DNA from: a virus
Taxonomy: Duplodnaviria; Heunggongvirae; Uroviricota; Caudoviricetes
Virus record (IMG/VR): IMGVR_UViG_2711768193_000009
DNA length: 64,000 nt
Direction: 5' to 3' (one strand)
Position numbers and translations under genes: made by a program. Under the pieces are notes generated by a model that saw nothing but the letters and a program-made list of their open reading frames with translations, did no database searches and had not been told where the DNA came from. Below are positions 10,391 through 20,672 of this stretch, one piece after another; the first letter of the stretch is position 1, and each line of letters starts with the position of its first letter.

Positions 10391-10952
10391 ATGCGCATTC
10401 GGCGTGATGACGTCGACGTGCGATAAGAGCTACCGCGATCGACTCAACTTCTTGAAAATCTTTTGAAGCGCTTGCACGTAAGGCAAGATTCCATTTACTC
10501 AGCACACGAGCGTTATTTACCAAGTTGCTGTCTTCTTTTAATCGACCGTTCTTTAGTAGCCATTCGGCTACATCAGCCCAATCCCAAAGTGGGGATTGGC
10601 CTTTGATTCGTTGGATAGGGCAAGGGAAGTCTCCGCTACCACGAGTGCCATCTTTCAGCATCGCAATCGCCTGGCGAGACATTTCTGTTATTTCTGCAAT
10701 GTCGCTCAAGCCTACAAGGGCAGAGTCGACAGATTCAACAATAGCGCCGATTCCGGCTGATTCGATATTGTCGACCGCTGATGCAATAGCGGCATCCAGC
10801 GATTCAGCTTCGCGGTCGAACTCAACATAGACGGAGTTTCCATATGCGCAAATCAGCGCATCGTCACAGCCGCTTTCGTACAGCGCGTCTTCCAGTCCTT
10901 CGGTCTCATACGTTACGCCTGAGAGTGTCAGAGTGAAGTTATAAAGCGCCAT
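10389..10952 (-). CDS. HicB-like antitoxin-type protein with C-terminal HTH (tentative)
   Basis: N-terminal small fold followed by HTH-like EITEMSRQAIAMLKDG. Lies downstream of a 76-aa ORF in hicA-hicB order. Confidence 0.35.
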   Translation of the reverse strand: MALYNFTLTLSGVTYETEGLEDALYESGCDDALICAYGNSVYVEFDREAESLDAAIASAVDNIESAGIGAIVESVDSALVGLSDIAEITEMSRQAIAMLKDGTRGSGDFPCPIQRIKGQSPLWDWADVAEWLLKNGRLKEDSNLVNNARVLSKWNLALRASASKDFQEVESIAVALIARRRHHAECA

Positions 10953-11033
10953 AGTACCTCTTCGTTTAGTATTCAGAGTATTCTCTTATTGATTCGGTAA
11001 GGAGTTGTTGTCGCAACTCCTTACCGGGCAAAA

Positions 11034-11264
11034 TCAATCGCAGCGATCTACCATACGAATGATTTGCTTGGCATGGTTTTCAGCACTTCTCGGTGTCGAC
11101 CATACGCTCATCTGGTGATCTCGGTGCTCACCTTCTGGACTGCCGCAGCGCAATTTGCAAAAACAGTGTGCAGAATCGCCTGGTGGAACCCAAACCCAGC
11201 CCTGAGTTACAGCATATTCAATGGCCGCTTGAATGTGCTTATTAGTATGTTTCTTCAGATACAA
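11034..11264 (-). CDS. Small protein, possible HicA-like toxin (tentative)
   Basis: 76 aa. Weak resemblance to the HicA core (GWVWV...GDSAHCF...). Position upstream of the HicB-like gene. Confidence 0.3.
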   Translation of the reverse strand: MYLKKHTNKHIQAAIEYAVTQGWVWVPPGDSAHCFCKLRCGSPEGEHRDHQMSVWSTPRSAENHAKQIIRMVDRCD

Positions 11265-11291
11265 TTTATCTCCGGCATATTATATGTTCGG

Positions 11292-11307
11292 TGTTGACAA
11301 CTGTCAA
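11292..11307. promoter_or_regulatory. Operator-like palindrome GTTGACA-ac-TGTCAAC containing a TTGACA -35 hexamer, in a divergent intergenic region
   Basis: 7-bp inverted arms. Located between minus gene 11034..11264 and plus gene 11516..11947. Confidence 0.4.
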
Positions 11308-11515
11308 CGGCAAGTGAAATCCCTCCGTCCGTGTCCCCACCACATTGTCGTACGCTGTCTACGGCCAGCTTTTAACGGGGCATAGAGTACCAGAACCACC
11401 TGATTTTTCACTGGCTTACCTATCTCATAACCTCCATTTCATCGTGTCATAATCTCCACCGCCTGTTTCCATTATGATAAAATTGATATATAGAAATAAG
11501 CTGGAACCTATCAAA

Positions 11516-11947
11516 ATGAGTGCAGATATCTACGAAAAAATCATGTCCGATCTGGAGTTCGACCGCGACAATCTTGAGGAAGTCTGGCGTCAGCAACCGC
11601 GCCTGTTGATGGAGTACGGCTCTAAGCTGGCGCGGGCAGAACGCGAAGTCGCAGATGCAAAACTCTCCCTCGATGCGATTGAGGCGAAAATCTACGACAA
11701 TGAGCGTAAGAACCTGAGTATGAACGGCATTAAGTTTAATGAGTCCGTACTGGAGGCGAAGGTTAGAACCAACCCGCAATACCTCGCGAAGCGCCAGAAA
11801 CTCGACGATGCCCGGCACGTTGCTGATCTGTACAAGCACGCTGTTGTCGCCTTTTCCCACCGCCGCGACATGATTGTCCAGGCGTCCAAAATGGCTATCG
11901 TGGAGATTGAGCGTTTGGGCGCCGAACGTTTCCACTCTCCCCGTTAA
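11516..11947 (+). CDS. Hypothetical protein
   Basis: ORF track 11474..11947. ATG 11516 (MSADIY) more plausible. Confidence 0.4.
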   Translation: MSADIYEKIMSDLEFDRDNLEEVWRQQPRLLMEYGSKLARAEREVADAKLSLDAIEAKIYDNERKNLSMNGIKFNESVLEAKVRTNPQYLAKRQKLDDARHVADLYKHAVVAFSHRRDMIVQASKMAIVEIERLGAERFHSPR

Positions 11948-12066
11948 TTTATGCTAGATCATAAGTAAGTACTGATCTATCATTCTTCTCGCTCGAAAGA
12001 GCCACGAATAAACGAACGCCCAACGCGCATAGCGCCAATGGCCACAATCACAACAAGGAGAAATAC

Positions 12067-13095
12067 ATGTCTAAGTCATTACTTGATCTGCTTAACAAGA
12101 CCCGTGGCGATATTGCTTCTAAACGTGGCAATAACGTTGATTTGACCCGTCTGAAAGACGGCAATAACTATCTGCGCATTTTTCCGAACAAGGACGACCC
12201 GAATGGCGTGTTCTTCCAGACTTTCGGTATGCACTACGTTAAGCATCAGAATGAGGAAGGCAAAGATGTAACCACCGCCTACATCTGCGAACAGCACACC
12301 CACGGCCACGCTTGCCAGCTGTGTGAGATGGTTATGGAAGGTCGTGCTCGCTTTAAGGGCAACAAAGCGATGGAAGAGCGCATTAACAGTATGCGTGCTA
12401 CACCGCGTTATCTGGTCAACGGTGTTCTGTCTGCGCGTGAAGACTTTGCGGACGCAGAGAAATGCCAGCTGATTGAGCTACCGTCTACGGTCTTCGACGA
12501 TATCTGCAAAGTGATGTCCGAAGATATTGCGGATGATATCGGCAATCCACTGAGCAAAGAAGAAGGCTATGCGTTCCTGATTAAGCGTACCGGTTCCGGT
12601 CGTGACACCAAGTACGACGTATCCCCGAAACGTAAAGTCTACAAAGGCGACATTCCTGAGAAGCTCTGGACTACCCAACACGATCTGATCGCATACGCGA
12701 ACCAGGCTGACGAAACCCGTCTGCTGTCTACGGCTCGCACTATGGGTCGTCTGATTGGTATCGCGGCTCCGGCAGCAACAATGTCCTCTCCGGCCATTTC
12801 TTCCGCTGCAAAATCAGCTGCTGCTGAACTGCCAGGCTTTGGCTCTATCACTGGTCATACGGAAGGTGCAGCTGCTGTCGCTACAGCACACACTCCGGCT
12901 CCAGAGTCCACCAGCCTGGTTGATGAAGAGATCCTGCGTGCCGCTGAAGCTGAGTTCAAACCGGAAACTAAACCGGAAGAAGTTAAAGCTCCGGAAGCCG
13001 CCGCAGCTGCAAGTGCTTCAGCATCTGCTGCCGCTGCATCTGCACCAGCTGACGAAGGTCTCGACGACCTGCTGGCTGAACTGGACGCTCTGTAA
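12067..13095 (+). CDS. Single-stranded DNA-binding protein, T4 gp32-like
   Basis: YLRIFPNKDDPNGVFF resembles gp32 VIRFLPSKNDEQAPFA. His/Cys zinc-site-like YICEQHTHGHACQLCE. Ala-rich linker and acidic C-terminal tail DEGLDDLLAELDAL. Confidence 0.6.
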   Translation: MSKSLLDLLNKTRGDIASKRGNNVDLTRLKDGNNYLRIFPNKDDPNGVFFQTFGMHYVKHQNEEGKDVTTAYICEQHTHGHACQLCEMVMEGRARFKGNKAMEERINSMRATPRYLVNGVLSAREDFADAEKCQLIELPSTVFDDICKVMSEDIADDIGNPLSKEEGYAFLIKRTGSGRDTKYDVSPKRKVYKGDIPEKLWTTQHDLIAYANQADETRLLSTARTMGRLIGIAAPAATMSSPAISSAAKSAAAELPGFGSITGHTEGAAAVATAHTPAPESTSLVDEEILRAAEAEFKPETKPEEVKAPEAAAAASASASAAAASAPADEGLDDLLAELDAL

Positions 13096-13155
13096 TCCCA
13101 TAACGTGACCAGTAAGGCGTCTACGGACGCCTTACTTTTTGGAAGGAGTGTACCG

Positions 13156-14100
13156 GTGAATTATCTCTTTGTGGACGGTAACAGCCTGGGCTATTACCAC
13201 CAGCAATCCGACAAATTACACAACGGCGAGATGGAAGTTCAGGCGGCTTTTGGCTTCGTGAAGAACGTTCGTCGTTACGCCTCAATTCTCCATGCCCGCC
13301 CAATGATCTTGTGGGATGGATTCAGCGACAAACGTCGCGACTTCTACCCGGAGTACAAAGCGAATCGCGATGACGACCCGGATATGAAGAAGATGAAAGA
13401 AGGCTTTGCTCTCCAGAAGCCGTACATCTTGAAAATGATGACCGCGCTGGGCGTTAACCAACTCATTGCAAAGGATGCAGAAGCGGACGACCTGGCTGGA
13501 ATGCTGGTCTCTCGCCTGGCACCGCAGCCGACCGTTGACCATATCTACCTGCTGACAGGTGATGGCGACTGGCTCCAGCTGGTTCGCGAGAACGTGAGCT
13601 GGGTAAGCCTGCGTGAAGATGCCAAGCACAAACAGGTGAACTTCGAACAGTTCGCAGAGCTGACTGGTCTGCCGACGCCACGCGCGTTTCTGGAAGCGAA
13701 AGCGTTGCAGGGCGATAACTCGGACAACATCAAAGGCGTCGGTGGCATTGGTGATGGTGGCGCGAAAGAGCTGCTTCATGAATGGGGAAGCGTGGCCGCA
13801 ATGGTACGCGGCATTAACGACGGCTCCATTGTCATCAACAAAGGTCGCTATAAGACGGCATTCAACAAACTGGCAAAGAATGCCTTCAACGAGAAGACGG
13901 GCTGCCGGATGCTCGAAGCCTTTAAGCGCAACATGATGCTGATGAACCTTATCGACACAAAATTCCCACCCAGCGAAATCGAGTCGATTAAAGGCGCACG
14001 CGACATGAATGCCTTCGAACAGATGTGTTACGAGCTGAACTTCCGGTCGTTTCTGGAAGATCTGGAAGTGTTTGTTCTGCCATTTGAGAGGTACTGCTGA
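13156..14100 (+). CDS. 5'-3' exonuclease / flap endonuclease (T4 RNase H / T5 D15 family)
   Basis: LIAKDAEADDLAG and H3TH motif GDNSDNIKGVGGIG. GTG 13156 preceded by ggaagga. ORF track 13105..14100. Confidence 0.75.
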   Translation: MNYLFVDGNSLGYYHQQSDKLHNGEMEVQAAFGFVKNVRRYASILHARPMILWDGFSDKRRDFYPEYKANRDDDPDMKKMKEGFALQKPYILKMMTALGVNQLIAKDAEADDLAGMLVSRLAPQPTVDHIYLLTGDGDWLQLVRENVSWVSLREDAKHKQVNFEQFAELTGLPTPRAFLEAKALQGDNSDNIKGVGGIGDGGAKELLHEWGSVAAMVRGINDGSIVINKGRYKTAFNKLAKNAFNEKTGCRMLEAFKRNMMLMNLIDTKFPPSEIESIKGARDMNAFEQMCYELNFRSFLEDLEVFVLPFERYC

Positions 14101-14366
14101 TGCTGAAATCCATCATTAATGGCGGGGCAACTACGCCAACCATGCTGGCTAAAGAGATTGTCTTCTGCCACGGCGAGCACGCTGTGGTGGCGCTGCCGAA
14201 CATTCTGGGCGCTGCTGGCATTTCTGCTACTGAGCGTGAGTTCGCGCTGGTCAGCGAGCAGGTCGTGAAGATCATCGCTCGCGTCGCCAAACACCTGAAC
14301 CACGACGCAATCAAGTTTGACGAAGCCGCTGCTTCGAAGCGAATCAACGAATCAAAAGGAGCCTAA
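14100..14366 (+). CDS. Hypothetical protein
   Basis: 88-aa ORF. ATG overlaps the upstream stop. Confidence 0.4.
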   Translation: MLKSIINGGATTPTMLAKEIVFCHGEHAVVALPNILGAAGISATEREFALVSEQVVKIIARVAKHLNHDAIKFDEAAASKRINESKGA

Positions 14367-14368
14367 TC

Positions 14369-15445
14369 ATGGCAAAAGGCAAATCCGCACTGGCACTGGC
14401 GCTGAAAAAGAAAATCGGCAGCAATGACGAGATCCAGAAAGTCTCCCACTGGATTGACTCCGGTTTTCCCCCACTGAACAAAGCCATTTCCGGACGTTAC
14501 GACGGTGGTTTTCCGTGTGGGCGTATCGTTGAAGTCTTCGGGCCACCAAGCGCTGGTAAAACCTTTTTGGCGACGGCTGCAATGGTGTCAGCACAAAAAC
14601 AGGATGGTCTGGCCGTGTTCCTTGACCACGAAAACAGTTTCGACGTTGGTCTTGCGGTGGCGAATGGCTTGAACGCCGACGAAGACGACGGTCAGTGGGT
14701 CTACAAACAGCCGGATACCTTCGAAGACTCCGTCGAGCTGATCGGCACAATCCTCAAGCTGGTGCGCGACGATGAGCTTATCCCGGAAACAGCCCCTATC
14801 TGCATCGTTGCCGACTCTCTGGCGTCGATGGTTCCGAACTCGAAGGCTGAGAAGTTCGACAAGATGGCAGAAGGCACTGCGAAGGACAAAGATCAGCTGA
14901 ACATGAACGACAACACGGCGCTGGCGCGCGCGACGAGTGCGAACTTCCCTACTCTGGCGCTCTGGGCGCGTAAGTACAACGCGTGCATCATCTTCTTGAA
15001 CCAGGTGCGTACCAAAATTGGCGTGATGTTTGGCGATCCGACTACGTCTCCGGGTGGTGACTCTCCGAAGTTCTACGCGTCGGTGCGTATCCGTCTGGGC
15101 GCATCCGTCATGAAGGATGGCAAAGAGAAGATCGGACAGGACGTTGGCGCCGAGTGCATTAAAAACAAAGTCGCGCCTCCGTTTGGCAAATGCTCATGGA
15201 AATTCTACTTCGACCCGACTCGCGGGCTGGACGTCATCGAATCGCTGGTTGAGTACATGCTGGAGGAAGGATACCTGCCCAAGAACGCCAGCGGGCGTGT
15301 GGAAATTGGCGATAAGAAATACACCAAATCGCAGATCGTCGAGATGTACCGCGAGAAGCCACTTCCGGAAATCATCGCAGCACTCCAGGCGATAGACGAG
15401 CGTCGAGCGAAAGAGTCGAACCCAGCCGAAACAGAAGAAGCGTAA
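14369..15445 (+). CDS. recA: RecA-family recombinase
   Basis: Walker A GPPSAGKTF. IIFLNQVRTKIGVMFGDPTTSPGGDSPKFYASVRIRL closely parallels the RecA core. Confidence 0.8.
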   Translation: MAKGKSALALALKKKIGSNDEIQKVSHWIDSGFPPLNKAISGRYDGGFPCGRIVEVFGPPSAGKTFLATAAMVSAQKQDGLAVFLDHENSFDVGLAVANGLNADEDDGQWVYKQPDTFEDSVELIGTILKLVRDDELIPETAPICIVADSLASMVPNSKAEKFDKMAEGTAKDKDQLNMNDNTALARATSANFPTLALWARKYNACIIFLNQVRTKIGVMFGDPTTSPGGDSPKFYASVRIRLGASVMKDGKEKIGQDVGAECIKNKVAPPFGKCSWKFYFDPTRGLDVIESLVEYMLEEGYLPKNASGRVEIGDKKYTKSQIVEMYREKPLPEIIAALQAIDERRAKESNPAETEEA

Positions 15446-15451
15446 TCACAG

Positions 15452-15476
15452 AGCGTCCGTTGGACGCCTTTTTTAT
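15452..15476. terminator. Rho-independent terminator (GGCGTCC-N4-GGACGCC stem + T-run)
   Basis: gcgtccgttggacgcctttttt. Same stem as the terminator at 16590. Confidence 0.7.
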
Positions 15477-15536
15477 ACTTGAAAATATATAAGTACTTAC
15501 TTATCATTTCTACACCAAAACGACAAAAGGAAACAC

Positions 15537-15737
15537 ATGATCAAGGGTTATCTCATGGCTGTTTCAGCGGTGATATCAGTCTGCTTTATCTACGGTTTAC
15601 TGGTTCCATCGCTTATCTCAGCTAAAAGCGATCTGGCCTTATTTATCGGACTTGCCATCGCTGTAGTCTTCCCGGTTGCCTTGTTAAAAGCTGGCCGCAG
15701 GTATATCAACTCACTCAATAAAATTAAGGAGAAGTAA
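15537..15737 (+). CDS. Small membrane protein
   Basis: 66 aa. Two hydrophobic segments. Confidence 0.45.
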   Translation: MIKGYLMAVSAVISVCFIYGLLVPSLISAKSDLALFIGLAIAVVFPVALLKAGRRYINSLNKIKEK

Positions 15738-15740
15738 GTA

Positions 15741-16571
15741 ATGAAGAAAGGTTTACTGGCGGTGGCTTTGGCTGCTATTTGCACAATGGGTCTGACCGGC
15801 TGCGATCGCGTGGAACCGGGATACGTTGGCATTAAGGTAAACAAGTTGGGTGAAGACAAAGGTATCGGTGAAGTTGTCGGCGTTGGCCGTCAGTGGACTG
15901 GTCTGAATACCGAGCTGTACACCTTCCCCACTTTCAAACAGATGAAAACCTACGATGAGCCGTTCACATTCCAGATGAGCGACGGTACAGCCATCGGCCA
16001 CAAAATTGGTGTGGCATATCTGGTTAATCGCGACAAAGTAACTACCGTATTCCAGACCTATCGCAAAGGTGTTGATGACATTACCGACACTGATCTGCGC
16101 CAGAAGATTGCGGACTCACTGAACCGTCTGGCCAGCCGCATGACTACCGACACGTTCATCGACGGTGGCAAGGCGTCTTTGCTCGACAATGCGCTGAAAG
16201 ACATTCAGGCAGAAATGTCACCGGTAGGTATTGAGGTTATTAGCCTGTCATGGGTGGGCAAACCAGACTACCCGGACACTGTCATCGAATCTATCAATGC
16301 CAAAGTGACCGCGAACCAGAAAACGCTCCAGCGCCAGCAGGAAGTTGAGCAGCGCAAGGCAGAAGCGAACATGCTGCGTGAACAAGCCGAAGGTGAAGCC
16401 GACGCTATCCGCAAGCGTGCTCAAGCAGAAGCTGATGCCATCAAGTTGCGCGGTGAAGCATTACGTCAGAACCCGAACGTCATGGAGCTGGAAGCCATCA
16501 ACAAATGGAATGGTCAGTTGCCTCAGTACATGACTGAAGGGGCCAATACTCCGTTTATCGCGTTGAAGTAA
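15741..16571 (+). CDS. SPFH/band-7 (HflK/C-prohibitin-like) lipoprotein
   Basis: Lipobox LTGC after signal peptide. Coiled QRQQEVEQRKAEANMLREQAEGEADAIRKRAQAEADAIKLRGEA region typical of the SPFH family. Confidence 0.6.
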   Translation: MKKGLLAVALAAICTMGLTGCDRVEPGYVGIKVNKLGEDKGIGEVVGVGRQWTGLNTELYTFPTFKQMKTYDEPFTFQMSDGTAIGHKIGVAYLVNRDKVTTVFQTYRKGVDDITDTDLRQKIADSLNRLASRMTTDTFIDGGKASLLDNALKDIQAEMSPVGIEVISLSWVGKPDYPDTVIESINAKVTANQKTLQRQQEVEQRKAEANMLREQAEGEADAIRKRAQAEADAIKLRGEALRQNPNVMELEAINKWNGQLPQYMTEGANTPFIALK

Positions 16572-16589
16572 CAGCCTTTTCAAAGATAC

Positions 16590-16613
16590 GGCGTCCACTT
16601 GGACGCCTTTTTT
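16590..16613. terminator. Rho-independent terminator
   Basis: ggcgtccacttggacgcctttttt. Confidence 0.7.
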
Positions 16614-16733
16614 ATTTCCGTATTATCACCAACAAGAAAACAAATTGGTTACTAATACGGAATTACCATCCGTAGAAGTACAAAGTGACAACGCCACATA
16701 GTTGTTCGGCAACGGATGAGAAGGAGATCGGGA

Positions 16734-17105
16734 ATGAAAAATTACAGCGAGATGACAGACTTTGAGATTAACTGCCTGGTCGCGGAAGCCACCGGCCATC
16801 GACCGCTTATCTCACAATATGGCTGGAAAGGCTCACAGGAAGGCGATTACACAGCAGTGGTCGCCATCGGCCCGAACGGAGCCGGAACCTTCGACTGGTG
16901 TAACGATCCGGAAGATGCGTGGGACATTATTTATCGGCACAGAATCGGCGTAATCCCTGCCAGACAGCCTGGCGAGTGGAGGGCGGCCCACAGAAAGGTG
17001 GATAGCTCAACGCCACAACATCTGATCCAGAACCCTAACCCTTTCAGAGCGGCAATGACCGTGTTCCTTTTAATGCAGGAGAAAAAGCGTGAAGAAACTG
17101 TATGA
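16734..17105 (+). CDS. Hypothetical prophage-type protein (DUF2591-like, tentative)
   Basis: MKNYSEMTDFEINCLVAEATGH N-terminus recalls a common prophage family. ORF track 16716..17105. Confidence 0.4.
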   Translation: MKNYSEMTDFEINCLVAEATGHRPLISQYGWKGSQEGDYTAVVAIGPNGAGTFDWCNDPEDAWDIIYRHRIGVIPARQPGEWRAAHRKVDSSTPQHLIQNPNPFRAAMTVFLLMQEKKREETV

Positions 17106-17499
17106 CGCGGCCAACGCTGCGCTGGATGTAGTGGATACCGAAATTGCCCAGGGCTTCCCGGAGCCAGAATGGGCGACGCAGCTGCGTGAGGCGATTGCAG
17201 AGATGAACGCACCGGAACCTTCAGAAGATGAAGCCGACTGGCAGCGTTTCATCAGAATGTACGCGGAAGAGATTGGCCCGACGCCCACCGCTGAACAGGC
17301 CATGCTGCTCAAGTACTTCAAGGAGGCTGGAGAGAATCTGCCGGTTGATGATACACCGCACTGGTTTCACGCCGCCTGGCGTAAGTTCGACGTGATCTAC
17401 ACCCGCGGTCTGGGAAGCAAAGATATGGTCGTCTGGCATCTGATGCACATTGATAAGGCTGTCGACCGGACGCTGGAGAAGTTCTTCCCACCAGCCTGA
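17089..17499 (+). CDS. Hypothetical protein
   Basis: 136-aa ORF overlapping the upstream stop. Confidence 0.45.
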   Translation: MKKLYDAANAALDVVDTEIAQGFPEPEWATQLREAIAEMNAPEPSEDEADWQRFIRMYAEEIGPTPTAEQAMLLKYFKEAGENLPVDDTPHWFHAAWRKFDVIYTRGLGSKDMVVWHLMHIDKAVDRTLEKFFPPA

Positions 17500-17568
17500 A
17501 CACAATGATTGTGCGCCGCATGGCGCACATTAATATAAATAAGCACTTACCAACAAGGAGAAAACACA

Positions 17569-17843
17569 TGAAGATTTTGGTTCGCATTTCAGCCAGCACC
17601 GACTATGACGTTTACCCGCTATTCATGGTCAAGTGCGATGGGCTGAACGATGAAGAAATTCAAGCGGCAATTGAGCGCAATCTCGTTGAGTACACTGGCA
17701 TTGATGCAGATTCTGTGTATGTCGATGATGACGGTGTTTGTTGGCACAACGGTAGTTGCTGGTACGTCGACTACACGATGCCGGTAAGCGATGAAGACGC
17801 GGCTCATCTTGAGCGTATCTTAGGCATCAGCACTTTTGAGTGA
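17569..17843 (+). CDS. Hypothetical protein
   Basis: ATG 17569 (MKILVRIS) after aaggagaaaacacATG. ORF track 17505..17843. Confidence 0.45.
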
Positions 17844-17884
17844 TATTTACAGCAAAAAATATATAAGTTAGTATCTACCTATCA

Positions 17885-18063
17885 TGAAAACTGTATTAGA
17901 CACTTTATTACTTATTGTCTCGATAGCTTTTGTGCTCGATTGCATCTTCACCGGAGCAATCCGTAAAGCGCTGGCGCCTGTTAATGGCGCGATGGTTAAT
18001 GCGCTGGCCGTAGTGCTGGTATTCGACTCAGCATTCGGCGTTATCAAAGGAGTCGTGGCATGA
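17885..18063 (+). CDS. Small hydrophobic membrane protein (59 aa, below the ORF-track cutoff)
   Basis: Read directly: MKTVLDTLLLIVSIAFVLDCIFTGAIRKALAPVNGAMVNALAVVLVFDSAFGVIKGVVA. Its stop overlaps the next start (ATGA). Preceded by a GTAAGT-type motif. Confidence 0.35.
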
Positions 18064-18395
18064 AGAAAATAGCCCTGGCTCTGGCGCTGCTCTCCCTCCC
18101 TGTCTACGCGGACACGCACGTCTATGAGTGTGAGATGTCAGTGGCCGAAGTGAAAAACGACGTGATCCGCAATGTCGTCAAAGCCAGCTACGGCGCGATG
18201 GTTGTGGACAGCGGCGAACAGTTTTATGTTGTTCGCGATGATCGCGTCCTGTCTTCCCCCTATCTCACCAAACGTAACGGCAAACTGTCTGGCGTGGGTG
18301 AAGATAAGTTCGTTTACAACAAATCAGGTGATGTCTACGGCGTTCACGCGAAGAACGCCAGCTACCTTTTCGATGACTGCAAGGAGGTTGGTTGA
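18060..18395 (+). CDS. Secreted/periplasmic protein
   Basis: Signal peptide MKKIALALALLSLPVYA. Confidence 0.5.
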   Translation: MKKIALALALLSLPVYADTHVYECEMSVAEVKNDVIRNVVKASYGAMVVDSGEQFYVVRDDRVLSSPYLTKRNGKLSGVGEDKFVYNKSGDVYGVHAKNASYLFDDCKEVG

Positions 18396-18607
18396 TGGCG
18401 GTTACACTGGCAGGTCTGGAAATCGAAAAAACAAGTGGCTACTGGCGTGCCAAAGGGTTTAAGCAACCCGGCGTGCTGGAGCGTCTGGAACGTGAGGACG
18501 GTGTCATTGTCCACCAGCGTCGCGAATGGCGCATGTACGATCCGGAAACAGGTAAGCTCACGACGAAGGCCGGGACACTCTGGGGTCTGCTGAAGAAAAT
18601 CCACTGA
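18392..18607 (+). CDS. Hypothetical protein
   Basis: 71 aa. Start overlaps the upstream stop. Confidence 0.4.
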   Translation: MMAVTLAGLEIEKTSGYWRAKGFKQPGVLERLEREDGVIVHQRREWRMYDPETGKLTTKAGTLWGLLKKIH

Positions 18608-18613
18608 TAACCC

Positions 18614-19172
18614 TAACCACTGCGGTTAGTAGCCAGCTCACCGCGTGCGTATCCGGCCCATAACCACTGTAGTGAGTAAAACGCCTGCCGTGACATCCGG
18701 TATCCACTGTAGTGAGTAAAGTGGAGATTGTCGACGTCGCTATCCACTGTAGGGAGTAAACAGGCGTTCATTCGCAGCAAACAACCACTATAGAGAGTGA
18801 TGGAATGCGTTCTCCAGCGGGTATCCACTATGGAGAGTAAACCTTCACTGTTTTCAGCGGATATCTACTCACTACAGTGGTTAGTAAATCCGGCCAACCG
18901 ATTCTGCTCTCCACAGTGGATAGCCAATAACGACGGGAACAACGGTAACCACTATAGAGAGTGGATTTAACAAGATACCCAGTGACCACTAACCTCGCAG
19001 CCCTTGTTTCATCTAGGTTTGTAACCACTAACATTTATTTCGTTATTTGAGCGCCACTGCCTACAGTGGTTACTCTTCGGTTGTTGTTACTCACTACAGT
19101 GGATAGCGGATTTCAGATAAACAAAAGGCTCACTACAGTGGATAGTGAGCCTTTCTACTCTCTACAGTGGTT
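18614..19172. repeat. Array of ~12 iterons (consensus about TATCCACTGTAGTGAGTAAA) in both orientations, downstream of repA (incA-like copy-control locus)
   Basis: Copies at 18660, 18700, 18741, 18782, 18821, 18855(inv), 18905(inv), 18946, 19062(inv), 19087(inv), 19128(inv), 19155(inv). Confidence 0.8.
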
Positions 19173-19175
19173 GGG

Positions 19176-20231
19176 TTATTTGCGAGCTTTTGCCTTGCGT
19201 AGCTCTTCGAGAATCGCCAGTTCTTCCTTGCTCAACATGACCATCTCACCCTCTTTTTCTTCAGGAACAACATCGATAATGTCCTCCTGATCATCACCAG
19301 GCAAGATGTCTTCTGGTTCTTCAGGCGCAGCTTTAGTTGGTGGCAATGACGGGCGTAACTTCGGCCGCCTATAGTGGATGATGAAGTAGACCGAGCTGCC
19401 GCGCTTCACTTCGGTGTAATCGAGATAGCCGATCTCCCGAAGTTGCTCCATCGCCTTCCTGACTGTCGCGTTCTGGGTAATGGTGCGGCTGGTTAAGTTA
19501 AGTCTGGCGCGTAAGCGAGCCAACGAGATTGGTGCCGGGTCAGGTGGCAAACTTTCGATGAAGGTGTAGAGCGCCTGCGCGGATTCTTTTCTGGAGAGTT
19601 CGTTAATTGCCCGGAGTTGCAAAAGAACCTTTTTGTCGAACTGGTAGAGTTCGAAAATCTTAGGATCAGCCTGCAGCGAGACCGTGTCGTTCTTTGTGCT
19701 GTACTTTGCTGTCTGCACAAGGTGCGTCACGTAATACTCATCAGAGCCTTTACTGCGGAATGAGATAGTGTTTGTAGCAATACGAGTTAGAGAACTGTCC
19801 AGGCGCTTGCGTAACTTCGCGGACGATCTGGCCGTTGGTATGCCACAGAGCCTGACGAACTCGACGAACGGTAACGTGACGGTGTCGCCAACAACCTTGT
19901 GTTTGGCGAACGCGTGGATGATGCCTACCCACGTTTTGAAGTCGTTATCCATATCCAGACGAACGCCGGAGATCCTTATGTCCTCGTACCCTTCGGCTTT
20001 GGCCAGAGACAGCTGTTTGAGTTCAGCAGAGGCGTCCATAGAGACCATTTGCCCCTTTCTGCCCCTGGCGGTCGATTTCAGCGTCGGAACGAAGAGACCA
20101 AGACGCATCAGAGCAACAGGCTGAACTGTGTTGTTGGTGTTAGGAACTAACGTAACAACTTCACCGGTCTTTTTGTCTGTTTCTGAGAATGCTTCAACGA
20201 TCGCTATGTTTTTATTACCGTTTTCGCTCAT
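19176..20231 (-). CDS. repA: Plasmid replication initiator RepA (iteron-binding, P1/RepFIB-like)
   Basis: 351 aa. Flanked on both sides by iterons matching each other. Dual winged-helix-like architecture. Confidence 0.8.
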   Translation of the reverse strand: MSENGNKNIAIVEAFSETDKKTGEVVTLVPNTNNTVQPVALMRLGLFVPTLKSTARGRKGQMVSMDASAELKQLSLAKAEGYEDIRISGVRLDMDNDFKTWVGIIHAFAKHKVVGDTVTLPFVEFVRLCGIPTARSSAKLRKRLDSSLTRIATNTISFRSKGSDEYYVTHLVQTAKYSTKNDTVSLQADPKIFELYQFDKKVLLQLRAINELSRKESAQALYTFIESLPPDPAPISLARLRARLNLTSRTITQNATVRKAMEQLREIGYLDYTEVKRGSSVYFIIHYRRPKLRPSLPPTKAAPEEPEDILPGDDQEDIIDVVPEEKEGEMVMLSKEELAILEELRKAKARK

Positions 20232-20277
20232 TCCAAGTGTCTCTTTTTATTCGACCGCTTTGGTGGCCTTTGCTGAT

Positions 20278-20397
20278 TACAGTGGATAGTAGCACTCATC
20301 ACAGCGGTTATCCTACCGCCTATAGTGGTTTTTCTACTCTCTACAGTGGTTGGCTTGCTCTTCATAGTGGCTGATCTTCTCTCTATAGTGGATATCG
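20278..20397. repeat. Six direct iterons immediately upstream of repA (origin/incC-like)
   Basis: ttacagtggatagtag, cacagcggttatcc, ctatagtggttttt, ctctctacagtggttgg, cttcatagtggctgatc, ctctctatagtggatatcg. Confidence 0.8.
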
Positions 20398-20399
20398 AT

Positions 20400-20540
20400 C
20401 ACCTCTAAGGCCATGTGGCACAACGGTTTGCTGGGTGCGGGGATCTTTTTGGGTCTTTGTGGGTCTCTTTGGTTCTCTTTGGGATCTGAATTACTGGATC
20501 GGGCCTGTGTATAAAAATCAGGTAATTGCAAAACCAGCCA
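20400..20540. promoter_or_regulatory. AT-rich GATC-containing origin region with DnaA-box-like TGTGTATAA (module 1)
   Basis: Three GATC sites. ggatctttttgggtctttgtgggtctctttggttctctttgggatc stepped repeats. tgtgtataa differs from TGTGGATAA by 1 nt. Confidence 0.55.
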
Positions 20541-20672
20541 TCACTCCCCTTCTGGGGATAATGTGTGGTCGAAACAAACACGCCTGAACGCAAAACTTTC
20601 AACATCTCTATGAATATCAGCCACCTGACGTAGAAAAACAGGCACTGAGTTATCCAGTTAAGACAATGTATC

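Noticed and set aside
18614-19172. CRISPR array
   Set aside because: Repeats occur in both orientations with irregular spacing and no uniform spacers. They flank a RepA-type initiator on both sides, so iterons are the parsimonious reading.
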